Assembly (NCBI GenBank): GCA_963675295.2
Contig: CAXXKJ010000002.1
Span: 3,008,001-3,072,000, forward strand
DNA length: 64,000 bases
Source: a bacterium
GTDB lineage: Bacteria; Electryoneota; Electryoneia; Electryoneales; Electryoneaceae
Direction of reading: 5' to 3'
The notes under the pieces were generated by a model. The model did not search any database. It worked only from the letters and a program-made list of their open reading frames with translations, and was not told the origin of the DNA. Both the position numbers and the translations under genes were made by a program. Of the stretch, positions 48,770 through 60,076 are shown one piece after another (position 1 is the first letter of the stretch; each line of letters opens with the position of its first letter).

Positions 48770-51310
48770 TTAACAGACCAGCATCACCTTCTGCGTCGCG
48801 TTTAACTGGCCCGGAACCATCGCGCGGATGAAGTACAGCCCACTGGCGAGGTTGGACGCATCAAACGTCAGGTTGTGCTGACCTGCGTTGAAACGACCAT
48901 TCGCGATTTCCGCGACCTGCTGCCCGGCGACGTTATACACCACCACCGTCAGGTTGGACGTTTCCGGCAGGGAGATTCGGATCGACGTGCTTGCGTTGAA
49001 CGGATTGGGATAGGCCTTTGCCATTGAATAGTTGTGAGGAAGCTGAGGCGTGGCGTCGCCGTCGTTCTCATCGGCCAGCAGTGCCCGCTCGTAGCCGGTC
49101 GCGGTCCAACCCATTGCGCCTGGAATTTCTATCGCTGACGCAGCGACCACATCAAATTCGAACGTGTCCTCACCGGCGATGAAGCTTACAAACTGCCCAG
49201 CCGCCATGTGAAACACGTAGGATCCGACCGGCGCGAACACCGGCACCGTTTGTCCAATCGCCTCGGCTTGAATCACCGTGGACGGCGTCATCGGCATGTT
49301 GCTGATCTGCCAGATCGGACCATAGTCGGACCCGTTCGGAAGCATCGCCCAGGTCCAGAAATCAACCGGGTAGGTGGATGGCAAATTGCTGGTGATCAAC
49401 GCATCGTAGATGAAGCTGCCGCCCTGCGGAACGACGACAGCGCCATTTGTGGACAGGGTAATCTCAATCAGGTCCGGAGTTTCAATCAGAGCGTCCGTAC
49501 AGTCGAACACGTCGAACGCGTTCCCAGCGCCGACAAACGCATAATTGTCCATCGCAACCACACCGGTGACCGAGCCGTACGTATCGTAATATCCGGTCTC
49601 CACAGGCGCGGTCGGGTCGGTTGCGTTGATGATGTGCAACATTCCGAATCGTTCACCCAGGTAAACAAAGCCGTCCAGCACGGAAATGGAGATCGCAAAA
49701 CCCGGTGTGTCCAGGGTGCTGAGTTCGACAGGCGCTGTTGGGTCGCTGACATCGACGATGGCCAGCCCGGCTTCATCAATCGCGACATAGGCGATACCGC
49801 CGGCGACATCGATATCAGTTGCATAGTCCACAAAGCCTGTCAGTGAGAGAAACTGCGGCGATGCCGGGTTGCTGATATCATAGATCCGCATGCCGGATGT
49901 TCCGGATGCCACGTACAGGTTATTACCCGCTATGTCAATCCCCCGAGCAAACTCGAAAATCGTGCTGACCAGGTCCGGGTTGGCTGGATCACTGACGTCA
50001 TAGATTCGCAGGCCAACGGAATACGTGCCCACGTAAGCATAATCTCCTTCAACCACGAGACCGAGAACATCTTCAGGAGCGAATGTGTTGATCACCAACG
50101 GATTTGCCGGATCGGCAACATCCACCACGACCACACCGCCATGACTGCTGGCGAGGTATGAGTATCCGTCAGAACAGACTGCTTTTTCGGTCGGAATCAG
50201 GACGTCACAGGATCCAAGCTCAACCGGCGCGTCCGGCATGCTGACATCCACCACGCGAAAGATTCCGTCCAAACTGGGGAGATACGCGATATTGTCGTTC
50301 AGCGCGCAATCCTGAATCAGCCCGGCAGGCCGGATGAAACTGATTTCTGACGGAGTCGCGGGATCGCTGACATCATAAATCCTCAGTCCGCCTTCCCAGT
50401 CGGCCAGGTACGCCACATCGCCGGTGGAAATTATTTTCTTCGCAAATCTCTCGCTGGGCATTGTACTTAGGAGGATTGGATTAATTGCGTCCGTAACATC
50501 CACCATGCAAAATCCCGAATCTCCACAAGCAACCGCCGCCGTGGTCTGCAACACCGACACACCGCGCGTTTGTCCGGGTAATACCAGAGAACCGAGTTCA
50601 AATGGCGCAGCAGGATCAGACACGTCCAGAATCATCAACCCGTGATCATCCATAGCGAGATAGGCGATGTCGTCGGCAACATGCACACCGTAGACAATAT
50701 CCGGAATGTTCATGTATGCCAGCATCGTCGGATCCGTTGGATCACTGATATCGAAGACCTTGAACTTGCTCAGATCGCCGATAAAAGCGTAATCGCCTGC
50801 AACGTCGATCGAATACGCAACACCGGTATTGGAGTTTGATCCAGCGATGGATGGTGCCGTTGGATCGCTGACATCAACCACAAACAGGGATCCACCCCAA
50901 CCGCTGGTGCAAACGTAGTCACCATCGATATCGACACATTCCAGCGAATTGCCGACATCCAAAGCACCGGTTTGTTGTGGACTGGTTGGATCGCTGACAT
51001 CGAATACACTCAACCAGCCCTGCATGTCTACGACATAGGCGTAATCGCCCTGCACGACGACAGCTTGTGCATCAATCGGCGAAGTTTGGAAACCAATTTC
51101 GGTTGGTGCAGCAGGGTCACTGATATCCACGATCCGCAGCCCGGAAAACCCGGCGGCGACAAACGCCAGATCGCCTTCGATCTTGACGTCCTCCGCGCCG
51201 TCCCATGCATTAAAAATTGATCCAGCGAGGCTGACATTGAGGCTGTCTTGTGCGAGAGCTGTTACGGAAAGAAGTGCCAACAACACGATAGCGGTAAGCG
51301 TTTTCTTCAT
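48770..51310 (-). CDS. T9SS-CTD secreted LVIVD-repeat protein
   Basis: Many V.V.GDYAYVA...GL.I.DVSDP..P repeats, a pre-CTD domain, and a YPNPFN CTD; start MKKTLT. Confidence 0.9.
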   Translation of the reverse strand: MKKTLTAIVLLALLSVTALAQDSLNVSLAGSIFNAWDGAEDVKIEGDLAFVAAGFSGLRIVDISDPAAPTEIGFQTSPIDAQAVVVQGDYAYVVDMQGWLSVFDVSDPTSPQQTGALDVGNSLECVDIDGDYVCTSGWGGSLFVVDVSDPTAPSIAGSNSNTGVAYSIDVAGDYAFIGDLSKFKVFDISDPTDPTMLAYMNIPDIVYGVHVADDIAYLAMDDHGLMILDVSDPAAPFELGSLVLPGQTRGVSVLQTTAAVACGDSGFCMVDVTDAINPILLSTMPSERFAKKIISTGDVAYLADWEGGLRIYDVSDPATPSEISFIRPAGLIQDCALNDNIAYLPSLDGIFRVVDVSMPDAPVELGSCDVLIPTEKAVCSDGYSYLASSHGGVVVVDVADPANPLVINTFAPEDVLGLVVEGDYAYVGTYSVGLRIYDVSDPANPDLVSTIFEFARGIDIAGNNLYVASGTSGMRIYDISNPASPQFLSLTGFVDYATDIDVAGGIAYVAIDEAGLAIVDVSDPTAPVELSTLDTPGFAISISVLDGFVYLGERFGMLHIINATDPTAPVETGYYDTYGSVTGVVAMDNYAFVGAGNAFDVFDCTDALIETPDLIEITLSTNGAVVVPQGGSFIYDALITSNLPSTYPVDFWTWAMLPNGSDYGPIWQISNMPMTPSTVIQAEAIGQTVPVFAPVGSYVFHMAAGQFVSFIAGEDTFEFDVVAASAIEIPGAMGWTATGYERALLADENDGDATPQLPHNYSMAKAYPNPFNASTSIRISLPETSNLTVVVYNVAGQQVAEIANGRFNAGQHNLTFDASNLASGLYFIRAMVPGQLNATQKVMLVC

Positions 51311-51410
51311 CTCCCCCTCCCCATTGCATTGAGCTAACATTACCGCTTTCAATAGACTTACAATATGTTCGGGATTGTAGCGAAATGCAAGCTATAACTA
51401 AAGATTTGCC

Positions 51411-51445
51411 AAACAACAACAGCCACGGTGAGTCACCATGGCTGT
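51411..51445 (-). terminator. Probable intrinsic terminator
   Basis: ACAGCCA.GGTG/CACC.TGGCTGT stem, then TGTTGTTT on the minus strand. Confidence 0.65.
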
Positions 51446-51472
51446 CTGGCTTCAGGTTTGAACCTGTCGAAA

Positions 51473-52791
51473 TCAGCGGACCAGCATCACCTTCTGCGTG
51501 GCGTTCAGCTGGCCCGGAACCATCGCGCGGATGAAGTACAGCCCACTGGCGAGGTTGGACGCATCAAACGTCAGGTTGTGCTGACCTGCGTTGAAACGAC
51601 CATTCGCGATTTCCGCGACCTGCTGCCCGGCGACGTTATAGACGATCAATGTCAGCTGCGCCGCTTCCGGCAGGGTGACACCGATTGTCGTCGCGGCGTT
51701 GAACGGGTTCGGGAACGCATCCAGCAGCACGTACTGGTCCGGTAAAACCGCTTCCGGCACTACCTCACTGGCAATATCGACACTGAAGCCGCCGGTGGTC
51801 ACCCATTCACCATTTGTGTCACCACCCGCCTGATCGGTTTCGCTGAAAAACTTCAGGAAGGCGAACGAGTCGCTGAGGATGGCATTCGGGTAGTAGCCGA
51901 TGTAGCCGATGAAGTTATGCGTTCCTGGTTCGAAGGATCCCGGTACCTGATGGGTGATTGGATAGACCACACTCATTCCCGGCTGCGCGGTGAATCCCTG
52001 GTAGTAGACGGGTCCGTACATCGTGCCGGAATAGCCATCCACCATCGCCCAATAGGCCAGGCCTGGTGTTGGAACACTGAGGCCGTAGTCGAACTCAACG
52101 TTATACGACAACGGCCCACCCGCCGCCGGAACGGAAGATGTGTTGCCGGTGATGTGCATCTCGGCGTACGGTTGATCGCCGGTATAGATCACCTCCAGGT
52201 ACGGTGGAAAGTAACCGTTGTAGCCTTCGATGATGCCGTCGGTGTAGTCTCCGTCATTGGTCCCGGTGAAGCCAACCCCGAACCAGTTCTGCCCGGCGTC
52301 CAGTGCCGCCTGTAGATCCCAGATAGCCTCCGCGCTCAGCGGGATCGTGTGGGTGCCATTGAACAGCATCGTCGTCAGGTCGTCTGCATACACTGTTCCC
52401 ATTGAGTTGGCAACGTCGTTGGCGTTATCGGCGGTCGGAAAGACATACAGCGATGTCACATCCATCAACGTCGTCGGGTCGAGCGTATTCTGGATGACGG
52501 TGACATGCAGAATCACCTCTTCCACCTGGGCACCGTTCGAATCATTGCCGTGTTGAACCGCGCCAGACCACGTTCTTCCCACGCAAAAAATCGTCCGATA
52601 TGGATGTTGACCCCGATTTGTTGATAGTCCCAGTCGTTCTGCCCAAACAGGGATTCGACGGTGTGCGTGGAATAGTCTTCATACGGCGAATCCAAGATGA
52701 TGGATTCCGCCCGGCTGTTTGTTGCTGTGCCAATCAAACACAGACTTAGCACGATGACCAGCAGCCCAGCATTCGCGCTTTTGGTTTTCAT
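51473..52791 (-). pseudogene. T9SS-CTD secreted protein split by a 1-bp frameshift near 52539 (pseudogene or sequencing error)
   Basis: The signal-peptide ORF reads ...ARFNTAMI. Adding one C (ATT CCG AAC GGT) gives MIPNGAQVEEVILHV and joins it to the CTD-bearing ORF. Confidence 0.75.
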
Positions 52792-52841
52792 CCCCTGCTC
52801 CTCCTCTGTTTCTGCCCCGTTCTTAAAGTAGCATGAGAATG

Positions 52842-52869
52842 AATGCCCCACCGCTTTCGATGGGGCATT
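52842..52869 (-). terminator. Probable terminator hairpin
   Basis: AATGCCCCA.CG/CG.TGGGGCATT. Confidence 0.6.
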
Positions 52870-52910
52870 TCTTGAGATTATCGGAGGATATCCGCCTCCA
52901 ACTTCAAGTG

Positions 52911-55193
52911 TTACTTGAGCAAGGACACCTTCTGAATCTGGTTCAATTTGCCCGGAACCGTCGCCTGTACGAAATACAGCCCGCTGGCGAGGTTGGACGC
53001 GTTGAAGGTCAGGTTGTGCTGACCGGCCTGGTACTGCCCATTTGCGAGCACCGCCACCTGCTGGCCCATGATGTTGTACACGGACACGGTCAGTTCGGAG
53101 GTTTCCGGCAACGCGATATTAATCGTCGTCGCTGCATTGAACGGGTTCGGATACGCGGCGTTCAGCGCATACCTGTCCGGGATCGGTTCTGAGGGAGTGT
53201 TGACAATCAACGACTCGTCCATGGGCCAGGTTCCACCACCCACCCAATCCTCGGGCACAAATTGGAATGGCTCTGGACTGCCGCCAAACTTCTCGAACTG
53301 AAAGCTGTCCTGCATCCGATACTGTGGAATGGACATGCTTCCGACGTGCGCGGTAAAAGTGTACTCGCCAGCCGGGGCGTACCATGGGACATTCTGACTT
53401 AGATCCTCAATGTGGAACTCAAAAGAAGCTTGCACGCCAAAAACGAATTCAACCAGGGGTCCAATCTCATACCCATACGGCGTGATCACTGAGGTCCAAT
53501 ACCGAAGGTTGGGTTGCCCATCCGGCAGCTCACCAACGAAGTCCACATCATAGTACAGCGTTGCGCCTGCCGGCGGAATGTCTGTCTGATGAGGCGTAAT
53601 CGCAAATGACGTGTATGGATCAAGGAACTCAGCAAGCACTTTTATGTTGTCAACTGCTGAATACCAACCCCAGTGTTCGAAGTCGTCATACAGCCAACTG
53701 AACCAGACTGAGTCCGTCAGATCAGGTAGCTCCGGCAACGCATGATGGATCGTCTCCGGGCCAAAACTTGTGATATAGCTGGCGATTTCAATCCACTCCA
53801 CAGTCGAACCGCCAGTCCAGGATACTTGCAGCAGTTCGTTATCGGATTCCAGCAGGAAACCGTCATAGAAAAGACTGAGGTCAATTGCCTCGCTGATATC
53901 TATCTCTGGTGTGATCAGTCGGCTGTAGTAGTGGGCGTTTGTGCCCGCAGCATCAGAATTGATCAGCATGTAGGGCGTTGGAAAGATGTCCAGCTGATGT
54001 GTGTCGTAAAACGAGTGCATCCAACTCTTGGTCCCTGATTCGGCTTCAATCGTCCACGACATGGGCAGGCCGGTGTCAAAGGTCTCATCCAGCAACCAAT
54101 TCGCATCACCCAGCCAAGCAACCGTGATCGGATTGCTGTAGTCGGATTCGCCTTCATCCCAGAATGCGGTTACCACATAGTCGTACTCGCCGTATGTTGG
54201 CAGCACATCGGTGTAGGAATTGGATGTAGTCACCCCTCGATAGTCTCCGTCTCTGTAAACTCGGTACTCGATGAAATCCTCGAGTGCGGACTCGCCTTGG
54301 TACAGTTGACGGGTTCCTGTGCTCAACAGGGCATTGAACGGAACTCTGGTACGTTTTGGTGCGGAACCGGCGAATGTCGGTGCGCGCATCCACTCGTCGG
54401 GCAGTATCGGGATCGCGCTATCACTCGATGCAATTACTTCGTTCCGTGGCTGATCGAGCAGCAACGCCACTCCGGGCAGATCGTGGGCCACGTATTCCCA
54501 TTCTACCCATCCGAATTGACCAATCTGCTCAGCCATTCCGACACCGATATGACCGGATGGATTATCGGTATCTGCAAAGGTGAACACGGGTACACCATTC
54601 ACCACCGCCGTGTAGATATCGTCGTCCGCGTAGAACGCCATGATGTTGTCAGCACCATGGCCGGTGTTCAAATAGTCAACCTGCGTCCATGGTAGCAGCG
54701 CCAGAGTCGCGCCATCAATGAATTTGCCGACAAACACCATGCCGTTACCACCCGACTCCGCGATGCTGAACACGTATCCATTCGAGTCGCCATCGTTGGT
54801 GTACGGCGTGTCCGTGTGAATGAACAGCCACTTGGCATAAGCCAGGTTTCCGCTGTTCTTCGACACCTCGACCTCGGTATAGCCCTCGGAAAATTGTTCA
54901 CCCTGAAACATCGCGGAAGTGTAGGTATAGAAGCCAGTAGGATGGAAATCTGCGACCAGCTTCCCATTTTGAACACGCCAATTCACAGGGTTGTCATAGA
55001 CATAGCCCTGCGCGATTCCGTCCTCGAAGTTCTCATAATACTCAACCGCTTCCAATGGAGGTCGCCACATCAATTCAACAGTACCCGTGTCCTCATCGAG
55101 CAGGAAGTCGAGATCTTGTGGTGCTTCCTGCGCAAACGCAAACGTGCTCAGGATTAAGATTAGCGCAACAGTTAACCCGACTGACCGTATCAT
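52911..55193 (-). CDS. T9SS-CTD secreted protein: Fn3 interrupted by a lectin-like domain + jelly-roll + pre-CTD domain
   Basis: Signal peptide MIRSVG, APQDL..V.L.W, ENFEDG...W.V.NG.L, LEDFIEYRVYRDG, ETFD.G.P..W, AYPNPFN CTD. Confidence 0.85.
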   Translation of the reverse strand: MIRSVGLTVALILILSTFAFAQEAPQDLDFLLDEDTGTVELMWRPPLEAVEYYENFEDGIAQGYVYDNPVNWRVQNGKLVADFHPTGFYTYTSAMFQGEQFSEGYTEVEVSKNSGNLAYAKWLFIHTDTPYTNDGDSNGYVFSIAESGGNGMVFVGKFIDGATLALLPWTQVDYLNTGHGADNIMAFYADDDIYTAVVNGVPVFTFADTDNPSGHIGVGMAEQIGQFGWVEWEYVAHDLPGVALLLDQPRNEVIASSDSAIPILPDEWMRAPTFAGSAPKRTRVPFNALLSTGTRQLYQGESALEDFIEYRVYRDGDYRGVTTSNSYTDVLPTYGEYDYVVTAFWDEGESDYSNPITVAWLGDANWLLDETFDTGLPMSWTIEAESGTKSWMHSFYDTHQLDIFPTPYMLINSDAAGTNAHYYSRLITPEIDISEAIDLSLFYDGFLLESDNELLQVSWTGGSTVEWIEIASYITSFGPETIHHALPELPDLTDSVWFSWLYDDFEHWGWYSAVDNIKVLAEFLDPYTSFAITPHQTDIPPAGATLYYDVDFVGELPDGQPNLRYWTSVITPYGYEIGPLVEFVFGVQASFEFHIEDLSQNVPWYAPAGEYTFTAHVGSMSIPQYRMQDSFQFEKFGGSPEPFQFVPEDWVGGGTWPMDESLIVNTPSEPIPDRYALNAAYPNPFNAATTINIALPETSELTVSVYNIMGQQVAVLANGQYQAGQHNLTFNASNLASGLYFVQATVPGKLNQIQKVSLLK

Positions 55194-55275
55194 ATTCTCC
55201 CCCATGGCCTGACAACAATCTCGACACCAAAGATAGTTCGTCGATTTCGTCTTCGCAGAAACTCGAGTACGAACC

Positions 55276-55317
55276 AAAAAAGAAGCGGCCATCTCAGATC
55301 AATGAGTGGCCGCTTCT
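55276..55317 (-). terminator. Intrinsic terminator
   Basis: AGAAGCGGCCA/TGGCCGCTTCT stem with a T-tract on the minus strand. Confidence 0.85.
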
Positions 55318-55345
55318 AGGAGTTCAGAATCAATACTACAGTACT

Positions 55346-57180
55346 TTACCGCACCAGCATAACCTTCTGCGTGGCGTTCAGCTGACCCGGAACCATCGCG
55401 CGGATGAAGTACAGACCGCTGGCGAGGTTGGACGCGTCGAACGTCAGGTTGTGCTGACCGGCGGTGTACTGGCCGTTCGCGATCTCGGCAACCTGCTGCC
55501 CGGCGACGTTGTACGCAACCACCGTCAGGTTCGCCGCTTCCGGCAACGCGATATTGATCGTCGTCGTCGGGTTGAACGGGTTCGGGTACGCGGCGTTCAG
55601 CGCATACTCGCTCGGCAGGCTTTCGCTGCTGCCCAGATCAGCCGTCTCATTGGTGACCGGCTTGGCGACCCATTCGTAGCCGTTCAACGGGAAGATGTCA
55701 CCGCTTATGTCCGCGTTCTGGGCGGGCACCACTTCAAACTCGAAGCAGTCGGTCACGTATTCGTTGGCGACATCGACACCGACGCAGAGGGTGAAGAATC
55801 CCGGAGGCGCGCCGTTGACACCCTGGTTCAGGGTGAGGTCAAAGATGTTGCCGGAAACGTACGTGAACTGTTCCTTGCTGATGTTGTACTCACGGCCGTT
55901 CTGCAGGATCGCATAGATCCAGTACTGCGCCAGCAGGTTGCCGGTCGTGTTGGTCGCGGTGAAGTACAGGTCGTAGTCGAACGTCCCACCCTGCGGAACC
56001 TGCAGCGGCTCTGCGGACGGGGTCAGGTCGAGCGTGAGCCGTACACCGAGCTGTTCATGTCCCAGAAGCCGACACGGGCGGCGTAGTGCGCCACACCGAC
56101 CAGTTCGATGTCGTCATCCATGTCGATGTTCGTCGCAGCAACCGCGCTTGCTCCGTTGTACAGGATCGAGACGACATGCTTCTGGTAGTTGTGATCACCG
56201 AGGTTTTCCCACCACGCGATTTCGTCATCACCCAGCGCCGCACCGTAGATATCCAGATCGCCGTCACCGTCCATGTCGGCCACGCCGATGTCCATCACGC
56301 CATAGAAGCCCCAGGCGATGTCGATACGATCCCAGCTGGAACCGGTACCGCTGAAGTTCTCGAACACGGACACAGTGCTGCCGTCGCCAACGTCACCACA
56401 GGCAACGAGGTCGAGGTCGCCATCACCGTTCAGGTCGCCGACATCGATCGCTTTCGGATGCTCGTAGTTGTTGCCGACGGAGAAATGCTGCCAGTTGGTA
56501 CCGTTGCTGCCGATGGACAAGTCGTTCCACCAGGCGATACCGTTGGCACGCGCGCTGACGATGTCCGTCCGGCCGTCACCGTTGAAGTCACCCTGAGCAA
56601 TGCCGACACGCTGGAATTCGTTGAAGTCGGCGTCGGTACGGGACCAGTACGACACACCGTCGCCCGGATTCCGGAACCATCCGATTTGCGAACCGGCAAT
56701 CGCGGCGTCGAGGTCGCCGTCGCTGTCCATGTCGAACAGTTCGATCTGCCATGGCATGCCCATATTGCCCTGGGCCTGGTCGCTGATCACGTGGTCAGTC
56801 CATACGGACGCATCGCCGTTGTCGTTGGACAACCAGCCGGCGCGATGGTCGGCCGGGCCGTACCCTTCGCGGGCGTAGGCGATGTCGATGCTACCGTCGC
56901 CGTCAACGTCGTCGAGATCGACACGCACGAGACCCGGCATGTTGGTCAGGATATCATGCTGGGTATACTGCGCGTCACCATCATTTTCCCACCAGCTCAA
57001 CGTGCCGCCATAATACGTTGTGGTCACGAGATCCGGGAAGGTGTCACCATTGAGATCGGCCACCTGTACGTCAACGGGGCCGTCCATGTTGTTTCCAACC
57101 GCCATATACCCCCAGTCCTGCGCGGACGCGATGGACGCGACGAGCAGCAAGGGCAGGCAAAAAGCGACTACTTTTTTCAT
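55346..57180 (-). pseudogene. T9SS-CTD FG-GAP/VCBS-repeat protein split by a 1-bp frameshift near 56038
   Basis: The FG-GAP ORF ends ...SSVYG. Adding one C (TAC GGC CTC ACG) continues as LTLDLTPSAEPLQVPQGGTFDYDL..., open through to the CTD. Confidence 0.8.
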
Positions 57181-57667
57181 TGCGATCCTCCATGACTGTG
57201 AAAAAGCCGGGCTCAACCCGCAACAGGCTGGACCGGTGGATGTACGTGTTACGCCAAAGATGCGCGAATATGTTTGAAAGCTACCCCTCGTACGGCTCCG
57301 AAGTTCCATCCGGAGTCCCCGAGAGTCAGGCAAACCTAACTTCAAGGTGTTTCCGCACCATGCAGGCTGTGTGATGAACAAGTACACGGGGGATGTACGA
57401 ATCCTCTCTTACAACGGCAGGGTGTGAAAACGGCTGGTTTGTTATGATTCTTCCATCATACTTATGATACTCCTGTTTGTGATAGAATCTGTAGAAATTC
57501 GCCTTCTGTGACCTGTGTCACAGCGGCTCCCGCCGGAGCGGGATCGGGTCAAAACGTTGTCGATACGGCCTGAAATCCATATCACTCTCTCAAGCGCTTG
57601 TAATAACTACAACCGGCATTTGCCAGTTGTCAACGGACACCTGTGGAGCATCCGAGATTTTTGGGGT

Positions 57668-60013
57668 TCACCTCACCAGCATCAGCTTTCGCATCGTGTC
57701 CATCTGCCCCGGCACACTGGCCCGGACGAAATACAATCCACTCGCCAGATGTGACGCGTCGAACGTGAAGCTGTGCGTTCCGGCGGACACCTGCCCATTC
57801 GCCAGCTCAGCGACCTGCTGCCCGGCGATGTTGTAGATCGTCACACTGAGATCCGACGTTTCGGGCAGCGTGACGGTGATCGTCGTCGCGGCGTTGAACG
57901 GGTTGGGTATAATCCCGCTGATCTCATAGTTCCGTGCGGGGTCAGCTGAAATCGTGTGTTCGACAACTTGTGCATCCCCCATAGCGCCGACAGGACCGAC
58001 GCTGACATTATCGACCGCAAACTTCACGAAATGGTACTCGTCAAGACCGGGGCCGTGGTTGACATATCGAGCCCGGAAACTAAGCCACAGTGTATCGCCG
58101 TGGATCTGGTCACTGTTCAGAACCAGGGATTCAGTTCCCCCTCCTTCGTCCGCGTGCAACCTGATCCAGTACCACGGCCCCGACGGTCCGAAGGCATAGA
58201 ACGAATCCCCTTCCCCGTTGTTGTACCGTTCCCACATACGCCAGTCATACCGAATCTCAACTTCACTCAGTCCGGAGATGTCAACCGGCGGGGAGGTCAA
58301 ACGACACCCCGGTGGGCCAGACTCACGCACAAACGGTGTTGGGAACACATCACCATCCGTGATCCAGTTCCATGTATTGGTTGCGCTGGTGTTGGCGACT
58401 GTCCAGGTACGGTGGAAGGTGTCGTTGAAATCTTCGTATAGCCTGAAATCGGTGTCTGTCCAGAACACTCCCGCCGGATTGCTCAGGTTGACCTCATGGT
58501 TGTCGAACAGTGCCGCGATCCGGTAGTCGTAGTACCCCATTCCTGGCAACTGATCAACATAGCTGGTGTTGGTAACAGAGGTCAGGTACTGATTATTCCT
58601 GAAGATACGGTATGTGACAAACTCGTCCAGCTCGCCGCCGAAATGTGCAGGATCCGGTTCCCAATTCAGCTGAATGTTACCAGCTCCATCATGGGTGACG
58701 GCGATATCGGTCAATCGCGGCCAACTGACCTTGATCGTACGGATTATCCGAGGCCGGTTGGCAAAGCGTGCGACAACCCGGTAGGTGTAGGTATCCATCG
58801 CCGGTAATTGATCGGTAAAGACGCGATTCTGTGTGCTGCCCACAAACGTACTGTCGCGATAGATCCGGAATTCAATCAGATCGTTGCTTCCACCCGCCCA
58901 GTCCAACGTCACCTCTCCGTCTTCCGCAAGATCGGCAGTTAGCGCGTGAAGTGGCGGTTGTTCCATCCAACCGACGATACTGCCATCGAGAATGGCAACA
59001 TCAAGTCGTCCATCTCCGTTCAAGTCACCGAAATCATGCAGACAGTAGGACGAATAGATCGGGAAACTGCTGAAGGTCCCATTGTTCGTATTCTTCCAGA
59101 AGTAGAGGCCGTTTCCACGCCAGATACCCGAAACGATATCGTTGTCTCCATCCTGATCCAGATCCACGATCTTCGCGGAATACGTGTAAAGCCTTGAGTT
59201 TTCTTTCAACACGTTCGGCAGGGAATACTGCATTGATCCCAGGTTCCTGAACCAGACCAGAATGTTGTGGTTTTCCACCCCGCCGACAGCGACCAGATCC
59301 GGATCGCCATCGCCGTCCAGATCCCCATTGATCAGCGCATCCCAATCGGGGGGATAGATGTCAAGCCCATGCGATGTGAAGTTCTGAGCCCCATCGTTTT
59401 CAAACCACAAGGCTGGAGCATTATCGATTGCTGCGACAATGTCATTGTCGCCGTCCATGTCTGTGTCTGCAACATCTACCGAAACAGGTTCTATCTGCGC
59501 CAGGAAATGCTGCTCGAACTGAAGCCCACCCATGTTTTCATACCAGATCAGCTCCTGATATCCACCAACCAGGTCCATGTCCCCGTCGAGATCCACGTCG
59601 AAAACACCGAAAGTGGCATCACTGTCAACAGAGTTAATGACCTCTACGTCTGGTGCCGGTGTTCCATTATTTACAAGGATAGCGAGGGTTTGCGAACTGA
59701 TAATCGCGGCCAGATCCTCGTCACCGTCATTATCAAAATCGGCGTTGTCACACCAGTACATGTTCTGGAGCAATCCACCGTAGACAAACCAGCCCGTGCC
59801 AGTATTCTTCCAGTACTGTGACTCGCCGATGGGAACACCCGCATTGATCAGGTCGATATCGCCGTCCTGGTCAAAATCGAGAACAACGCAGTCCTTGTTG
59901 ATACGATATTCATGGTCTATGACATGCCGCTCCCACTCGGCCCAGGAAGCACTGGGTAAAACCGTCAGCGACAACGCTGCGAACAGGACCAACAAGGTGG
60001 CACTCGATTTCAT
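57668..60013 (-). CDS. T9SS-CTD secreted protein: FG-GAP repeats + 2 Fn3 + jelly-roll
   Basis: Signal peptide MKSSAT, repeated D.D.DGD.D motifs, FRIYRD and YRIFRNN, PNPFN CTD. Confidence 0.88.
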   Translation of the reverse strand: MKSSATLLVLFAALSLTVLPSASWAEWERHVIDHEYRINKDCVVLDFDQDGDIDLINAGVPIGESQYWKNTGTGWFVYGGLLQNMYWCDNADFDNDGDEDLAAIISSQTLAILVNNGTPAPDVEVINSVDSDATFGVFDVDLDGDMDLVGGYQELIWYENMGGLQFEQHFLAQIEPVSVDVADTDMDGDNDIVAAIDNAPALWFENDGAQNFTSHGLDIYPPDWDALINGDLDGDGDPDLVAVGGVENHNILVWFRNLGSMQYSLPNVLKENSRLYTYSAKIVDLDQDGDNDIVSGIWRGNGLYFWKNTNNGTFSSFPIYSSYCLHDFGDLNGDGRLDVAILDGSIVGWMEQPPLHALTADLAEDGEVTLDWAGGSNDLIEFRIYRDSTFVGSTQNRVFTDQLPAMDTYTYRVVARFANRPRIIRTIKVSWPRLTDIAVTHDGAGNIQLNWEPDPAHFGGELDEFVTYRIFRNNQYLTSVTNTSYVDQLPGMGYYDYRIAALFDNHEVNLSNPAGVFWTDTDFRLYEDFNDTFHRTWTVANTSATNTWNWITDGDVFPTPFVRESGPPGCRLTSPPVDISGLSEVEIRYDWRMWERYNNGEGDSFYAFGPSGPWYWIRLHADEGGGTESLVLNSDQIHGDTLWLSFRARYVNHGPGLDEYHFVKFAVDNVSVGPVGAMGDAQVVEHTISADPARNYEISGIIPNPFNAATTITVTLPETSDLSVTIYNIAGQQVAELANGQVSAGTHSFTFDASHLASGLYFVRASVPGQMDTMRKLMLVR

Positions 60014-60076
60014 GATTCCCCCTGAACTGCTTTGATTCAGCCATGATACGCCTACAAAAAGAAACAATATGTGTCG

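Noticed and set aside
57181-57420. Possible riboswitch (e.g. c-di-GMP) upstream of the FG-GAP cargo gene
   Set aside because: No conserved aptamer motifs were recognisable on the minus strand; an Rfam scan would be needed.
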